Part shown: piece after piece, positions 8,706-19,303 of the stretch
How positions within the stretch are numbered: the stretch's first letter is position 1
Layout: each line of letters begins with the position of its first letter
Origin: a virus
Taxonomy: Duplodnaviria > Caudoviricetes
Reading direction: 5' to 3' (one strand)
Length of the DNA: 64,000 bases
Virus record (IMG/VR): IMGVR_UViG_3300032303_002590
Position numbers and translations under genes: made by a program
The notes under the pieces: model-generated
What the model was told of the DNA's origin: nothing
Seen by the model: the letters and a program-made list of their open reading frames with translations, nothing else
Database searches by the model: none

Positions 8706-10346
8706 ATGACAGAAACAGCATTCGGAACAGAATTAAAAACCAAATTACTATCAGGAGTTAAAAAACTTAATGATAGTGTATCTTCTACTTTAGGACCAGC
8801 AGGTAGAACAGTATTAATTAAAGGAGAATATGGTCAATTAACAGTAACTAAAGATGGAGTAACTGTAGCTAAAGCCTTTAAAGAATTAGAAGATCCAATC
8901 GAATCAACAGGAGCTGAGTTAGTACAAAAAGTATCAGTAAAATCAGCTAATGAGGTTGGAGATGGTACAACTACAAGTACCTTATTAACTTATGCTATTT
9001 TAGAAGAAGGCCTTAAACATGTTAATGCAGGTCAAAATGCAGTTGAAATTAAAAAAGGTATTGACGCCGCTGTAGAAGAAATTAAAACCGCGTTAGAAAA
9101 CTTAACAGAAGACATTTCTGATAATCAACAAATTAAAGAAGTTGCTACTATTTCAGGTAACAATGATAAAGAAATTGGTAACTTAATTGCTACTGCTTTA
9201 GAAAAAGTAGGTAGAGATGGAGTTGTAGCAATTGAAGAATCAAAATCTGGAGAAACTTCACTTGAAATTGTAGAAGGTATGCAATTTGATAGAGGTTACA
9301 AATCACCTTATTTTGTAACTGATAACAATACAATGACAGCTGTATTAGAAAACCCTTATATTTTAATTTATAATGGTAGAATTACTAATCATCAAGAATT
9401 AATTCCAGCTTTAACATTAGTTAATACTGAAAAACGTTCATTGCTAATTGTTGCGGAAGACATTGATGGTGAAGCATTAGCGGTAACAATCGTTAATAAA
9501 ATGAGAGGTATTGTAAATGTAGTAGCAGTTAAAGCGCCTGAATTTGGAGATCGTAGAACAATGGCTTTAGAAGATTTAGCTATTATTACAGGTGGTCAAG
9601 TTTTATCTAAAGACAAAGGTCATAAGTTAGAAAAAATTGATGTTAATACATTAAAACAATGTTTAGGTTCATCACGTACTGCTACAATTGGTAAAGAGAA
9701 AACCACTATTGTAGATGGTAAAGGTGAAGAAGAAGCTATTACAAACAGAGCTCAAGAAATTAAAAAACAAATTGATGACGCAGGTTCTCCATTTGAGAAA
9801 GAAAAATTACAAGAGCGTTTAGGTAAAATGATTGGTGGTGTAGCTATTATTAACGTAGGTGGTAATAGTGAATTAGAAATCAAAGAGAAAAAAGATAGAG
9901 TAGAAGATGCTTTATTCGCTACAAGAGCTGCTTTAGAAGAAGGTATTGTAGTAGGTGGTGGTACTGCTTTATTATACGCTAGAAAATCAATTACATTTGA
10001 AGGTTCAAATGATTTTGTAAACGGTAAGAAAATTGTTTACAGAGCGACAGCAGCTCCATTCCAAAGAATTTTAACTAACGCAGGACATGATCTAGTAGAA
10101 GTTCAATATTTAGGTTCTCAATTAACTGATTCAGAAAAAGGAAGTAATTGGGCAGGTCTTAATTATAAAGACTTATCAGTAATGGACTTTAAAAAAGCTG
10201 GTATTATTGATCCTAAAAAAGTAACTCGTATTGCTTTAGAAAATGCAGCTTCAGTTGCAGGTACAATCCTAACAACAGAATCTGTAATTTACGAGAAAAA
10301 AGAAGACAAGAAAGAAGAAATCAATCCTATGCAAGGAATGATGTAA
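8706..10346 (+). CDS. groEL: chaperonin GroEL
   Basis: [47 protein letters not shown] tail. Confidence 0.97.
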   Translation: MTETAFGTELKTKLLSGVKKLNDSVSSTLGPAGRTVLIKGEYGQLTVTKDGVTVAKAFKELEDPIESTGAELVQKVSVKSANEVGDGTTTSTLLTYAILEEGLKHVNAGQNAVEIKKGIDAAVEEIKTALENLTEDISDNQQIKEVATISGNNDKEIGNLIATALEKVGRDGVVAIEESKSGETSLEIVEGMQFDRGYKSPYFVTDNNTMTAVLENPYILIYNGRITNHQELIPALTLVNTEKRSLLIVAEDIDGEALAVTIVNKMRGIVNVVAVKAPEFGDRRTMALEDLAIITGGQVLSKDKGHKLEKIDVNTLKQCLGSSRTATIGKEKTTIVDGKGEEEAITNRAQEIKKQIDDAGSPFEKEKLQERLGKMIGGVAIINVGGNSELEIKEKKDRVEDALFATRAALEEGIVVGGGTALLYARKSITFEGSNDFVNGKKIVYRATAAPFQRILTNAGHDLVEVQYLGSQLTDSEKGSNWAGLNYKDLSVMDFKKAGIIDPKKVTRIALENAASVAGTILTTESVIYEKKEDKKEEINPMQGMM

Positions 10347-10350
10347 TAAT

Positions 10351-10380
10351 TAGGAGGGGCGAAAGCCCCTTCATATATTA
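10351..10380 (+). terminator. GAAA-loop hairpin after groEL, inside a variant promoter
   Basis: AGGGGC-GAAA-GCCCCT 10355-10370; TAGGA at 10351 and TTCATATATTA at 10370 have promoter spacing. Confidence 0.7.
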
Positions 10381-10385
10381 AAGTT

Positions 10386-11297
10386 ATGTTCAATAAAAAA
10401 CACACCTTATTTACCGAAAAGTATAGACCTGATACTCTAGAAGGATATATTGGTAATGATGATTTTAAATCGTCTTTACAACAATGGATTGATTCTAATG
10501 ATATCCCTCATCTACTATTAACAGGTGGAGCTGGAACAGGTAAAACCACAGCAGCCAAATTAATTATTAATAATATTAATTGTGACTCACTATACATTAA
10601 CTGTTCTGATGAAAATGGTATTGATACTATCAGAGATAAGGTAAAATCATTTGCTTCAGCCGCTAGTTTTAAACCACAAAAAGTGGTTATTATGGATGAA
10701 GCAGATTTCTTAACAATAAACGCTCAAGCAGCACTTCGTAATATAATTGAAACTTATAGTTTAAATACTCGTTTTGTTTTCACTTGTAACTACATTGAAC
10801 GTATAATTGATCCAATCCAATCTAGAACAGTAATGTTTGAATTAACTCCTCCATCAATGCAGGATGTTGCATTTAAATGTGTTGAAATTTTAGATTTAGA
10901 AGAAATTGTTTATACTAAGGCTGATATAGTAAGAATTGTTAAACAAACTTACCCTGATATTAGAAAAACTTTAAACCTATTACAATCCTCTATTAAAAAT
11001 GGAGAGTTAATAGAAAGTAGAACGGTTACTAATTTCAAACAAACATCTGATCAAGTAATAGAACTACTTAAAGGTCAAAATATTAAAAACTTTACTACTA
11101 TAAGACAGTTAGTAATGGATTCTAATATACGAGATTATAACGAATTATATAGAGTATTATTTGAAAGAGCAGATGAATTTACTAATTCAGCAATTGCTAC
11201 TCTTATAATAGCAGATTACCAATACAAATCAATTATGGCACCAGATAAAGAAATTACATTCTGTGCCGCTATCAGTAAATTATTAACAACTAAATAA
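10386..11297 (+). CDS. clamp loader AAA+ subunit (T4 gp44/RFC-like)
   Basis: EKYRP, GGAGTGKTT, DEAD, QAALR, IQSR. Confidence 0.93.
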   Translation: MFNKKHTLFTEKYRPDTLEGYIGNDDFKSSLQQWIDSNDIPHLLLTGGAGTGKTTAAKLIINNINCDSLYINCSDENGIDTIRDKVKSFASAASFKPQKVVIMDEADFLTINAQAALRNIIETYSLNTRFVFTCNYIERIIDPIQSRTVMFELTPPSMQDVAFKCVEILDLEEIVYTKADIVRIVKQTYPDIRKTLNLLQSSIKNGELIESRTVTNFKQTSDQVIELLKGQNIKNFTTIRQLVMDSNIRDYNELYRVLFERADEFTNSAIATLIIADYQYKSIMAPDKEITFCAAISKLLTTK

Positions 11298-11303
11298 ATA
11301 AAG

Positions 11304-11546
11304 ATGGAAGATCAACAACCACAAATGAGCCTAGACATTCACAAAACAACTCCTATTTTAACTGCAGACGGAGGTAAAATCTGGCATCAAGGGTACTTAT
11401 TAAGAAAAGTATCTAAATTCGTAACAGGTACAAACGAAGATAATGTTTTACCTATCCAAGTATTTTATGATCCAACAAATGGAGAAATATTAAAAGAAGG
11501 ATTGCCTGATGAATTGAAATTCATGATTGAAGATGACCAAGATTAA
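11304..11546 (+). CDS. hypothetical protein
   Basis: 80-aa ORF between clamp loader subunits. Confidence 0.7.
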   Translation: MEDQQPQMSLDIHKTTPILTADGGKIWHQGYLLRKVSKFVTGTNEDNVLPIQVFYDPTNGEILKEGLPDELKFMIEDDQD

Positions 11547-11952
11547 AACGATTTTTGATTGGGTAAAGCAATTATCATATGATAAAGAACCATGGTCCTC
11601 ATTTTCAAATGAGGAGCATGAGATCTTTAACAATTTTATGATTAATAAAATTATCTCTATGAATCCTAACTACATTGAATTAGTAGCTGAGATTCAAGAA
11701 CACCAAATGCCAAAACAAAAGTTATATGAATTTTATTGTAAAACTTTACCCAAACAAAAATTTTTTAACAAGTATATAAAACCATCCAAACAACAGTACG
11801 TTAAGGAAGTATTAAATTTATTATCTGATTATTTTCAAATAAGTACTAGAGAGGTTTTAGATTATTGTAATATTCTAACTCAACAAGATGTAACTGAAAT
11901 TTTACAACAGTTAGGTAAAGAAGAAAAAGAAATTAAAAAATTGCTAAAATGA
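11533..11952 (+). CDS. clamp loader small subunit (T4 gp62-like)
   Basis: IFDW..FNNFMINKIISM..LPKQKFFNKYIK; ATG 11533 preferred. Confidence 0.78.
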   Translation: MTKIKTIFDWVKQLSYDKEPWSSFSNEEHEIFNNFMINKIISMNPNYIELVAEIQEHQMPKQKLYEFYCKTLPKQKFFNKYIKPSKQQYVKEVLNLLSDYFQISTREVLDYCNILTQQDVTEILQQLGKEEKEIKKLLK

Positions 11953-12239
11953 GCGATTCATTAAAAAAATTTGAAGAAATGAATGATAGAGAAGGTATTT
12001 TCATAATTGATAAAGAAAAACCAAAAAAAGAATCTGTAATACACCCATCACATTATGGTGGTAAAGATAATCCATACGAAGCTATTAAAGTTATAGAAGC
12101 TTGGGAAGTAGGATTTAATTTAGGTAATACTCTTAAATATATTTCTAGAGCAGGTAAAAAAGACAATATAATCCAGGATTTAGAAAAAGCTTTATTCTAT
12201 TTAGATAGAGAAATCCAAAACAGAAAAAAACTTGGCTAA
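11949..12239 (+). CDS. DUF3310 family protein
   Basis: HPSHY..EAIKVIE..GFNLGNTLKYISRAGKK..DLEKA. Confidence 0.88.
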   Translation: MSDSLKKFEEMNDREGIFIIDKEKPKKESVIHPSHYGGKDNPYEAIKVIEAWEVGFNLGNTLKYISRAGKKDNIIQDLEKALFYLDREIQNRKKLG

Positions 12240-13203
12240 AAAACTTCCTTCAATATTAAAAGAATTTAAAAAGGTAAATGTACCTGAGATAAATTATGCT
12301 TTTCATAAATCCATATCTTATTCTCAATTAAGTATATTTTCAATTTGCCCATTTCATTGGGGATTAAAGTATAGAGATGGATATAAGGTTTTTGAACCAA
12401 GTATATACGCTGTATTTGGTACCGCCTTACACCGTGCTCTCCAACATTACCTAACAGTCTTTTATGAAGAAAGTGGAGCTGCTGCTGATAGATTAGATAT
12501 TGAAGCTGAATTTAAAAATGCATTAAGAGAAGAATATCAAGCATTCTATAAAAAAAATAAAAACATCCATTTTTCAAATGCCGCTGAGCTAGCCGAATTT
12601 TGTGATGATGGTATTCAGATTTTAGATTATATTAAAAAGAAAAAAGGTAATTATTTTTCAAAACGAGGATGGTACCTAGTGGGTTGTGAAATACCTATTG
12701 TTTTAAATCCAATCAAAAAACTAAATAATGTTTTATTTAATGGATTTTTAGACGTAGTATTTTATCACGAACCAACTAATACAATTAAAATTCTAGATAT
12801 TAAAACATCAACTAGAGGTTGGGGTGATAGAGAAAAAAAGGATGATATTAAAATATCTCAATTAATCCTATATAAAAAATTCTTTGCAGAACAATATAAT
12901 TTTCCAATCGATAATATTGAGGTGGAGTATTTTATTACTAGAAGAAAAGTATATGAAGGAGGAGATTTCCCACAAAAACGTATACAAGAATACAAACCAG
13001 CAGCTGGTAAGGTAAAAATAAATAAATCAACACAATTATTAGAAGGGTTTTTAACTCAAGTGTTTACAAATGAAGGTACTTATAATCCTGTTGAATTAGA
13101 AAAAAAACCAAGCAAACACAATTGTCACTTTTGCCCTTACAACAATAACCCTGATTTGTGCAATAAGAATGAAGAAGTTAAACAATCCTTCAAATTTTAT
13201 TAG
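12232..13203 (+). CDS. PD-(D/E)xK nuclease, Cas4/RecB-like, probable Fe-S cluster
   Basis: ISYSQL..CP, FGTALH, GFLD..ILDIKT, QL..Y, CHFCPY..C; TTG start. Confidence 0.85.
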   Translation: MAKKLPSILKEFKKVNVPEINYAFHKSISYSQLSIFSICPFHWGLKYRDGYKVFEPSIYAVFGTALHRALQHYLTVFYEESGAAADRLDIEAEFKNALREEYQAFYKKNKNIHFSNAAELAEFCDDGIQILDYIKKKKGNYFSKRGWYLVGCEIPIVLNPIKKLNNVLFNGFLDVVFYHEPTNTIKILDIKTSTRGWGDREKKDDIKISQLILYKKFFAEQYNFPIDNIEVEYFITRRKVYEGGDFPQKRIQEYKPAAGKVKINKSTQLLEGFLTQVFTNEGTYNPVELEKKPSKHNCHFCPYNNNPDLCNKNEEVKQSFKFY

Positions 13204-13211
13204 AAGTATGT

Positions 13212-13220
13212 ATATTTATA
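13212..13220 (+). promoter_or_regulatory. putative late promoter ATATTTATA
   Basis: intergenic motif copy. Confidence 0.55.
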
Positions 13221-13245
13221 TCATATATATATAACATTATTTATT

Positions 13246-13680
13246 ATGGAAGGAAACATAGTTTACATTTATGCCTTATTAGATGAACAAAATAATATTA
13301 CTTACATAGGTAAATCATCTTCACCTAAAGTTAGGTTATACACCCATTCCTCATCTTTACCTTATAATAATCCTAGAGCTAAAATACTAGATTATTTTTA
13401 TGACACTGAGGATTATTGGATTAAAAAAATGTTATCTGAAGGGCATCCTCTTCAAAATAGAGAAATTGATGTGGCTATGGAAAAATGGAATATTGGTGAT
13501 GTAATATCTATTTTTAAAAGAATAGATAAAAAGATTCTCAATAAAACAACTGGGGTTATTTATAAAAGTATTAATGATGCTAGTATTAAAATTAATTTGA
13601 ATCCTACTACTATTAAATCAATTTTGGAAAAACCTACCCATAAATTAAAAAAGTTATATGATTTAGAATACATTAACTAA
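13246..13680 (+). mobile_element. free-standing GIY-YIG homing endonuclease with NUMOD1-like C-terminus
   Basis: YIYAL..YIGKS..RLYTH; TGVIYKSINDAS. Confidence 0.75.
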
Positions 13681-13694
13681 TAATCATTAAAAAC

Positions 13695-13883
13695 ATGAGT
13701 ACAAATCAACAACTAACAAGTGTGAAGGTAGATAAAGATATCTTCGAGGCATTTAAAATCGAGACTATTAAAACTAAGTTCTCATTACAAAAATTAGCAG
13801 ACAGGTGTATGCATTTATACCTAACTGATCCTGAATTCCAAAAATTAGTTCATAACCATATGAACTTAGAATTAGAAAAATAA
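13695..13883 (+). CDS. ribbon-helix-helix-like small protein
   Basis: LTSVKVDKDIFEAFK strand-helix pattern. Confidence 0.6.
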   Translation: MSTNQQLTSVKVDKDIFEAFKIETIKTKFSLQKLADRCMHLYLTDPEFQKLVHNHMNLELEK

Positions 13884-13889
13884 AAATTT

Positions 13890-15314
13890 ATGAAAGAAGG
13901 TTACATATCAAAAGAACAACGAAAAAAAATATTATTCATTTGTGATGATATTAGAATGCACTCGGGTGTTGCTACAATGGCTCGAGAAATAGTTTTAGGA
14001 ACCTCTCACCACTACAATTGGGTAGTAATTGGAGCAGCTATTAATCATCCTGAAGCAGGACAGAGAATGGATTTATCAGAAGCTACTAATACAGAAACTG
14101 GTAATACTGACTCAAACATTATATTATACCCTAATAATGGGTATGGGAATGCTGATTTAATCAGATATATGATAAAAAATGAAAAACCCGATGGTTTAAT
14201 GTTTTTTACAGACCCAAGATATTACGATTGGTTATTTGCTATTGAAAATGAGGTAAGAAAACAAATTCCAATGATTTACTTAAACATTTGGGATGATCTA
14301 CCAGCTCCACTTTATAATAAAGCTTTCTATGAATCATGTGATGCTTTATTAGCAATATCTAAACAAACCAAAAATATTAATGAAATGGTTTTAGGTAAAA
14401 AAGCAGATGGTAAAGTTATTTCTTATGTACCTCATGGTATAAATGAAAAAATGTTTTTTCCAATAGAAGATAAATCTCAATTACAAGCTACTAAGAAAAA
14501 ATTATTTGGAGATAAAGAATTTGATTTTGTATTATTCTTTAATTCACGTAATATTAGAAGAAAATGTATTAGTGATTTACTAGCTGCTCATAAATTATTC
14601 CTAGATTCTTTACCTAAAGAAAAAGCTGATAAAGTAGCTTTAGTATTACATACTCAGATAGTAGATGATAATGGTACTGATTTAAATGCAGTTAAAACCC
14701 TATTATTTGGTAAAAAATCAAACATATTCTTCTCAGATCAAAGAATTGAAACAGCTGAATTAAACACCATTTATAACCTTGCAGATGCCGTAGTATTACC
14801 ATCTTCAAATGAAGGTTGGGGATTAGCACTTACTGAAGCTATGATGGCAGGTAAAATGATTATTGCTAATGTAACAGGTGGTATGCAAGATCAAATGCGT
14901 TTTGAAGATGAAAATGGAAAATGGGTTGATTTTACTCCTGAATTCCCATCAAATCATTTTGGTACTTATAAAAAACATGGTAAATGGGCAGTACCAGTAT
15001 TTCCAAATAATATGTCATTAGTAGGTTCACCAATCACTCCTTATATTTGGGATGATAGATTAGATTTTAGAGACTTAGCTAAAGCTATAACTCAGGTTTA
15101 TGAATTAACACCTGAAGTAAGAACTGAGAATGGTAAAGCAGCTAGAGAATGGGTAACTTCGAATGAATCAGGTATGTCAGCTCGTATGATGTGTAATAAC
15201 GTAATCAAGGACATTGATTTGACTTTAGAAAAATTTATACCTAGAAAATCATTTGAATTTTCTTTAATAGAAGATTTGGAGCCCCTAGAATTAGTTCATA
15301 AATTAACGTATTAA
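13890..15314 (+). CDS. GT-B glycosyltransferase (GT4-like)
   Basis: RNIRRK, EGWGLALTEAM motif. Confidence 0.88.
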   Translation: MKEGYISKEQRKKILFICDDIRMHSGVATMAREIVLGTSHHYNWVVIGAAINHPEAGQRMDLSEATNTETGNTDSNIILYPNNGYGNADLIRYMIKNEKPDGLMFFTDPRYYDWLFAIENEVRKQIPMIYLNIWDDLPAPLYNKAFYESCDALLAISKQTKNINEMVLGKKADGKVISYVPHGINEKMFFPIEDKSQLQATKKKLFGDKEFDFVLFFNSRNIRRKCISDLLAAHKLFLDSLPKEKADKVALVLHTQIVDDNGTDLNAVKTLLFGKKSNIFFSDQRIETAELNTIYNLADAVVLPSSNEGWGLALTEAMMAGKMIIANVTGGMQDQMRFEDENGKWVDFTPEFPSNHFGTYKKHGKWAVPVFPNNMSLVGSPITPYIWDDRLDFRDLAKAITQVYELTPEVRTENGKAAREWVTSNESGMSARMMCNNVIKDIDLTLEKFIPRKSFEFSLIEDLEPLELVHKLTY

Positions 15315-15323
15315 TAAAATAAA

Positions 15324-16631
15324 ATGAAAAATACATTTGTAATAAGTTGTCCAATTGACACTTACAGTGGATATGGTTCTCGTAGTAGAGATTTAATTAA
15401 AGCGTTAATTAACTTAGATAAATACGACGTTAAAATAATGCCACAACGTTGGGGTAATACACCTTGGGGATTCATAGAAGACCATAAAGAAGAATGGGGA
15501 TTTTTAGAATCTCATATTTTACCAGGTCAAATGACACAACAACCTGATATTTGGGCTCAAATCACAGTACCTAACGAATTCCAACCTGTAGGAAAATATA
15601 ATATAGGAATTACAGCAGGTATTGAAACTACAATTTGTGCCCCACAATGGATTGAAGGTATGAATAGAATGAACTTAAATTTAGTATCTTCAGAACATGC
15701 TAAAAAGGTATTCCAAGATTCTAAGTTTCAAAAACAAGATGATAAAACCAAACAAGTTGTTGGTACAGTAGAATTAACAGCACCTATTGAAGTACTATTT
15801 GAAGGAATAGATATTACTAAATATTTTGTATCTCCATTAACTCCTACTTCTGAAATAAAACAAGCATTAGATAATGTAAAAGAAGATTTTGCATTCCTAT
15901 TTGTAGGTCATTGGCTTCAAGGTGAATGGGGACAAGATAGAAAAGATGTAGGTGGTTTGGTTAGAATGTTTTTAGAAGCATTTAAAAATAAATCCAAAAA
16001 ACCTGCTCTTATATTAAAAACAATGTCTGGTCCTACTAGTATTATAGACAGAAATAACATCTTAAGAAAAATAGATGCTATAAGACAATCTATGCCTTCT
16101 AAAAATTTACCTAACATTTACTTATTTCACGGTGAAATATCAGATGATGAAGTAAACCAGTTATATAACCATTCTAAAGTTAAAGCAATGGTTAGTTTTA
16201 CTAAAGGTGAAGGATTTGGTAGACCCTTATTAGAATTTACTCAAACTAAAAAACCAGTTATAGCTTCAAATTGGAGTGGCCATTTAGATTTCTTAAATCC
16301 TGAATTTACGTCATTAATACCTGGAACTTTAACTAATATTCACCCATCGGCCCAAGTGCCTGATATGTTAATTGAAGGATCTCAATGGTTTACAGTTGAT
16401 TATGGTTTTGCAGGTGGTATATTAAGAGATTATTTTGAAAATTATAAAAAATATCAAGATAATGGTAAACGTTTAGCACATTATTGTAAAACTAATTTCT
16501 CATTTGAAAAAATGCAAGAAAAACTAGATACCTTATTAACTGCTAATGTACCTGAGTTTCCTAAACAAGTACAATTAAAATTACCTCAATTAAAAAAGAT
16601 TGAATTACCTAAATTAAAAAAAGTAGAATAA
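15324..16631 (+). CDS. GT-B glycosyltransferase (GT4-like)
   Basis: SGYG, DRKD, GEGFGRPLLE, NWSGHLDF. Confidence 0.88.
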   Translation: MKNTFVISCPIDTYSGYGSRSRDLIKALINLDKYDVKIMPQRWGNTPWGFIEDHKEEWGFLESHILPGQMTQQPDIWAQITVPNEFQPVGKYNIGITAGIETTICAPQWIEGMNRMNLNLVSSEHAKKVFQDSKFQKQDDKTKQVVGTVELTAPIEVLFEGIDITKYFVSPLTPTSEIKQALDNVKEDFAFLFVGHWLQGEWGQDRKDVGGLVRMFLEAFKNKSKKPALILKTMSGPTSIIDRNNILRKIDAIRQSMPSKNLPNIYLFHGEISDDEVNQLYNHSKVKAMVSFTKGEGFGRPLLEFTQTKKPVIASNWSGHLDFLNPEFTSLIPGTLTNIHPSAQVPDMLIEGSQWFTVDYGFAGGILRDYFENYKKYQDNGKRLAHYCKTNFSFEKMQEKLDTLLTANVPEFPKQVQLKLPQLKKIELPKLKKVE

Positions 16632-16632
16632 A

Positions 16633-17085
16633 ATGAAAGATAAATTATCTATATGCCCACGTTGCGGGAGTGATGCTTGTTATGTCACTCCTGTAAACGA
16701 AGTGAAAAACAGTTATTTCTGTTTTGGATGTGGTTTTCAAACAAATGACCTAATGAAAGAAGGTGAATTTGATTTTGAAACATATGAAGAAACATTACCT
16801 GAACTTTATAAAGACCTTAAAAATACAGACTCAGAAAAACGAGTATGGTATCCAATTACCGTTAATATTCAGGATAAAGGAACGGTATTTGCCAACGGTA
16901 AAAATAAATATGATTGGCAGTGGGCTGGTATAAAGGCTGTTGAAGTAAACGAAGAAGAAAAAGGTAAATTTAAAATACCTGGTACTGAAGAATTTTACAC
17001 TCATAAAACTGATATAAAAACTCTAAAAAATTACTCACAAGAAGATTTTATAGAAGCTTTAGATTACATAGGTTTTTACAACTAA
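16633..17085 (+). CDS. zinc-ribbon hypothetical protein
   Basis: CPRCG..CFGCG. Confidence 0.7.
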   Translation: MKDKLSICPRCGSDACYVTPVNEVKNSYFCFGCGFQTNDLMKEGEFDFETYEETLPELYKDLKNTDSEKRVWYPITVNIQDKGTVFANGKNKYDWQWAGIKAVEVNEEEKGKFKIPGTEEFYTHKTDIKTLKNYSQEDFIEALDYIGFYN

Positions 17086-17088
17086 GAT

Positions 17089-17706
17089 ATGAAAATAAGT
17101 TATGCAATAACAGTTTGTAATGAATTGGAGGAAGTGAAAAGACTAGTCAACTTCCTCCTTTCCAACAAACGTACAGAAGATGAAATAGTAATCTTATATG
17201 ATCTAAACGGAAGTAGGGAAGTTTATGACTACATAGATGAAGTGGATAAAATAGTAAACATCTTTGTAGCAAAGGATAATTTTACAGGACACTTTGCTGA
17301 TTGGAAAAATAAACTAGCACTTCTATGCAAAGGCGACTACATCTTTCAAATAGATGCTGATGAGATTCCACATATCAATTTAGTTGAGAACCTACCTACA
17401 TTACTACAAACTAATGATATTGATATGCTTAGAGTCCCTAGAGTAAACACTGTAGAAGGATTAACTCAAGAGCATATTCAAAAGTGGGGATGGAATGTAA
17501 ATGAAAAAGGATGGGTGAATTGGGCTGATTGGCAAATGAGAATATATAAGAATGCTCCTCACATCAAATGGGTTAACAAAGTACACGAAGTATTAGAAGG
17601 ATTTAAGAACCATGGAATGCTTCCACCAGAAGAGGAATGGGCTTTATATCATCCAAAGACAATTGAACGACAAGAAAAACAAAATAATTATTACGATACA
17701 TTATGA
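17089..17706 (+). CDS. GT-A glycosyltransferase (GT2-like)
   Basis: ISYAITVCNE, IFQIDADE, VHEVL. Confidence 0.88.
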   Translation: MKISYAITVCNELEEVKRLVNFLLSNKRTEDEIVILYDLNGSREVYDYIDEVDKIVNIFVAKDNFTGHFADWKNKLALLCKGDYIFQIDADEIPHINLVENLPTLLQTNDIDMLRVPRVNTVEGLTQEHIQKWGWNVNEKGWVNWADWQMRIYKNAPHIKWVNKVHEVLEGFKNHGMLPPEEEWALYHPKTIERQEKQNNYYDTL

Positions 17707-18587
17707 AAATAACCTTTATATACGCCTATGATGGGGAGCAGTGGTCTACTCCTATGGCTTTAATAAATGAATTTAAAAAATTAAATTGGGATACTGAAAT
17801 AATTTCAATAGGTTCTAATAAAACCGGTTACTATCATGATAATGATCTTAAAAAATGGATTGATTCTAAACCTAAAACTGATATAGTTTTATTTTTGGAT
17901 TGGGGTAGATTTGATTCACCTTATTTAAATAAGAATTTAGTACCTGCCTTTTGGATACAAGAAAGTGGAGACGATCCACAAAATTTTGAAAGAAACTATC
18001 CTAAATCTAACAGATTTAATTTAACTATTACCCCGGATTATGATTCATATTTAGAATATAAAAATAGAGGAATAAATGTTGAATGGATTACACATTTTGC
18101 AGATACCAATATTCAATATCCTATAGGAATTGATCCTGAATATATTGCTGTTACTACTAGAGGTAGAGGTGGATCTCAATTTTTAGATCAAATCACAGAT
18201 TGGTCTGAAGGGTCTATAGGTAACCAAAACGGATTTGAAGGTGAAAAACATACTGAGTTTTTAAATAAGGGATTAATGGTTATTCAAAATAGCAGATGGG
18301 GGGAAATTACTCGTCGTATTTTTGAGGGAATGGCCTGTGGTAAATTAATAATCACGGATAGACTAAATGATAATAAAAAACTACATGAATTATTTCTTGA
18401 TAAACAAGATATAATATATTATGATGACATGGTAGATTGTATTAATAAAATTAATTACTATGCCGAACATTCTACAGAAAGAGAAGCTATAGCTAAATCT
18501 GGTATGAAAAAGGTACTAGAAAACCATACCCAAATTCAAGTTGTAAATAAATTAATAGAAAAATGGAAAAATTACCACTCAGTATAG
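17703..18587 (+). CDS. glycosyltransferase, CgeB/Glyco_trans_1_2-like
   Basis: RIFEGMACG..ITD..REAIAKSG..HT. Confidence 0.82.
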   Translation: MKITFIYAYDGEQWSTPMALINEFKKLNWDTEIISIGSNKTGYYHDNDLKKWIDSKPKTDIVLFLDWGRFDSPYLNKNLVPAFWIQESGDDPQNFERNYPKSNRFNLTITPDYDSYLEYKNRGINVEWITHFADTNIQYPIGIDPEYIAVTTRGRGGSQFLDQITDWSEGSIGNQNGFEGEKHTEFLNKGLMVIQNSRWGEITRRIFEGMACGKLIITDRLNDNKKLHELFLDKQDIIYYDDMVDCINKINYYAEHSTEREAIAKSGMKKVLENHTQIQVVNKLIEKWKNYHSV

Positions 18588-19303
18588 GAATACTATCTTG
18601 GAATTCAGGTCAAACCCTAGTAAATACACTTACTACATACTATGAAAATGGATTATTTGATATAATAGATGATTATAAAATCCTATTCCAAGAAGTATCT
18701 GAACAAGATAAACAAATAGCAGATTATTTTTCAATCCCTTATATTGGTTTAGATAGTAATATAGGGATAGGTAAAGCCTTTATTCAACTAACTGAACAAG
18801 CTCAAACTGATAATGTTTTAATTTTAGAACATGATTGGCAATTGATAGAGGGTTTAGAAACTACTTATTCTAGATTAAATAGTGGAATACAACTAATAGA
18901 AAATGGATTTAGCTGTGTTCGATATAGACACCGTAAAAACCCAGGATTCCCACATTTTTCTTTTAAACATATTGGAAACGAATTAAACTACTATGATGAT
19001 GAATTAGAATGTACATCTCCACACTTATTAGATTCGGTACATTGGTTAAACCCCTCAGAATCATTCCCCGATAAAATACAAACCAAAGGTGAATATTTTG
19101 TAACAACTTCTCGTTGGGGAAATTGGACAAACAATCCATGTTTATATAAGAAAGATTTTTATTTAAATACCGTTAAAGAATTTGCAGGAGATGGTATTGC
19201 ATTGGAGGGTAATATTAGTAGATGGTGGGCTAAACAAAATTATAAAGTAGCTCATGGTGAAGGGTTATTTAAACATGTAGATTTAATTAAATATGGGCAA
19301 TAA
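18563..19303 (+). CDS. GT-A-like glycosyltransferase
   Basis: IGILSWN, NIGIG, LILEHDW, WTNNP. Confidence 0.68.
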   Translation: MEKLPLSIGILSWNSGQTLVNTLTTYYENGLFDIIDDYKILFQEVSEQDKQIADYFSIPYIGLDSNIGIGKAFIQLTEQAQTDNVLILEHDWQLIEGLETTYSRLNSGIQLIENGFSCVRYRHRKNPGFPHFSFKHIGNELNYYDDELECTSPHLLDSVHWLNPSESFPDKIQTKGEYFVTTSRWGNWTNNPCLYKKDFYLNTVKEFAGDGIALEGNISRWWAKQNYKVAHGEGLFKHVDLIKYGQ

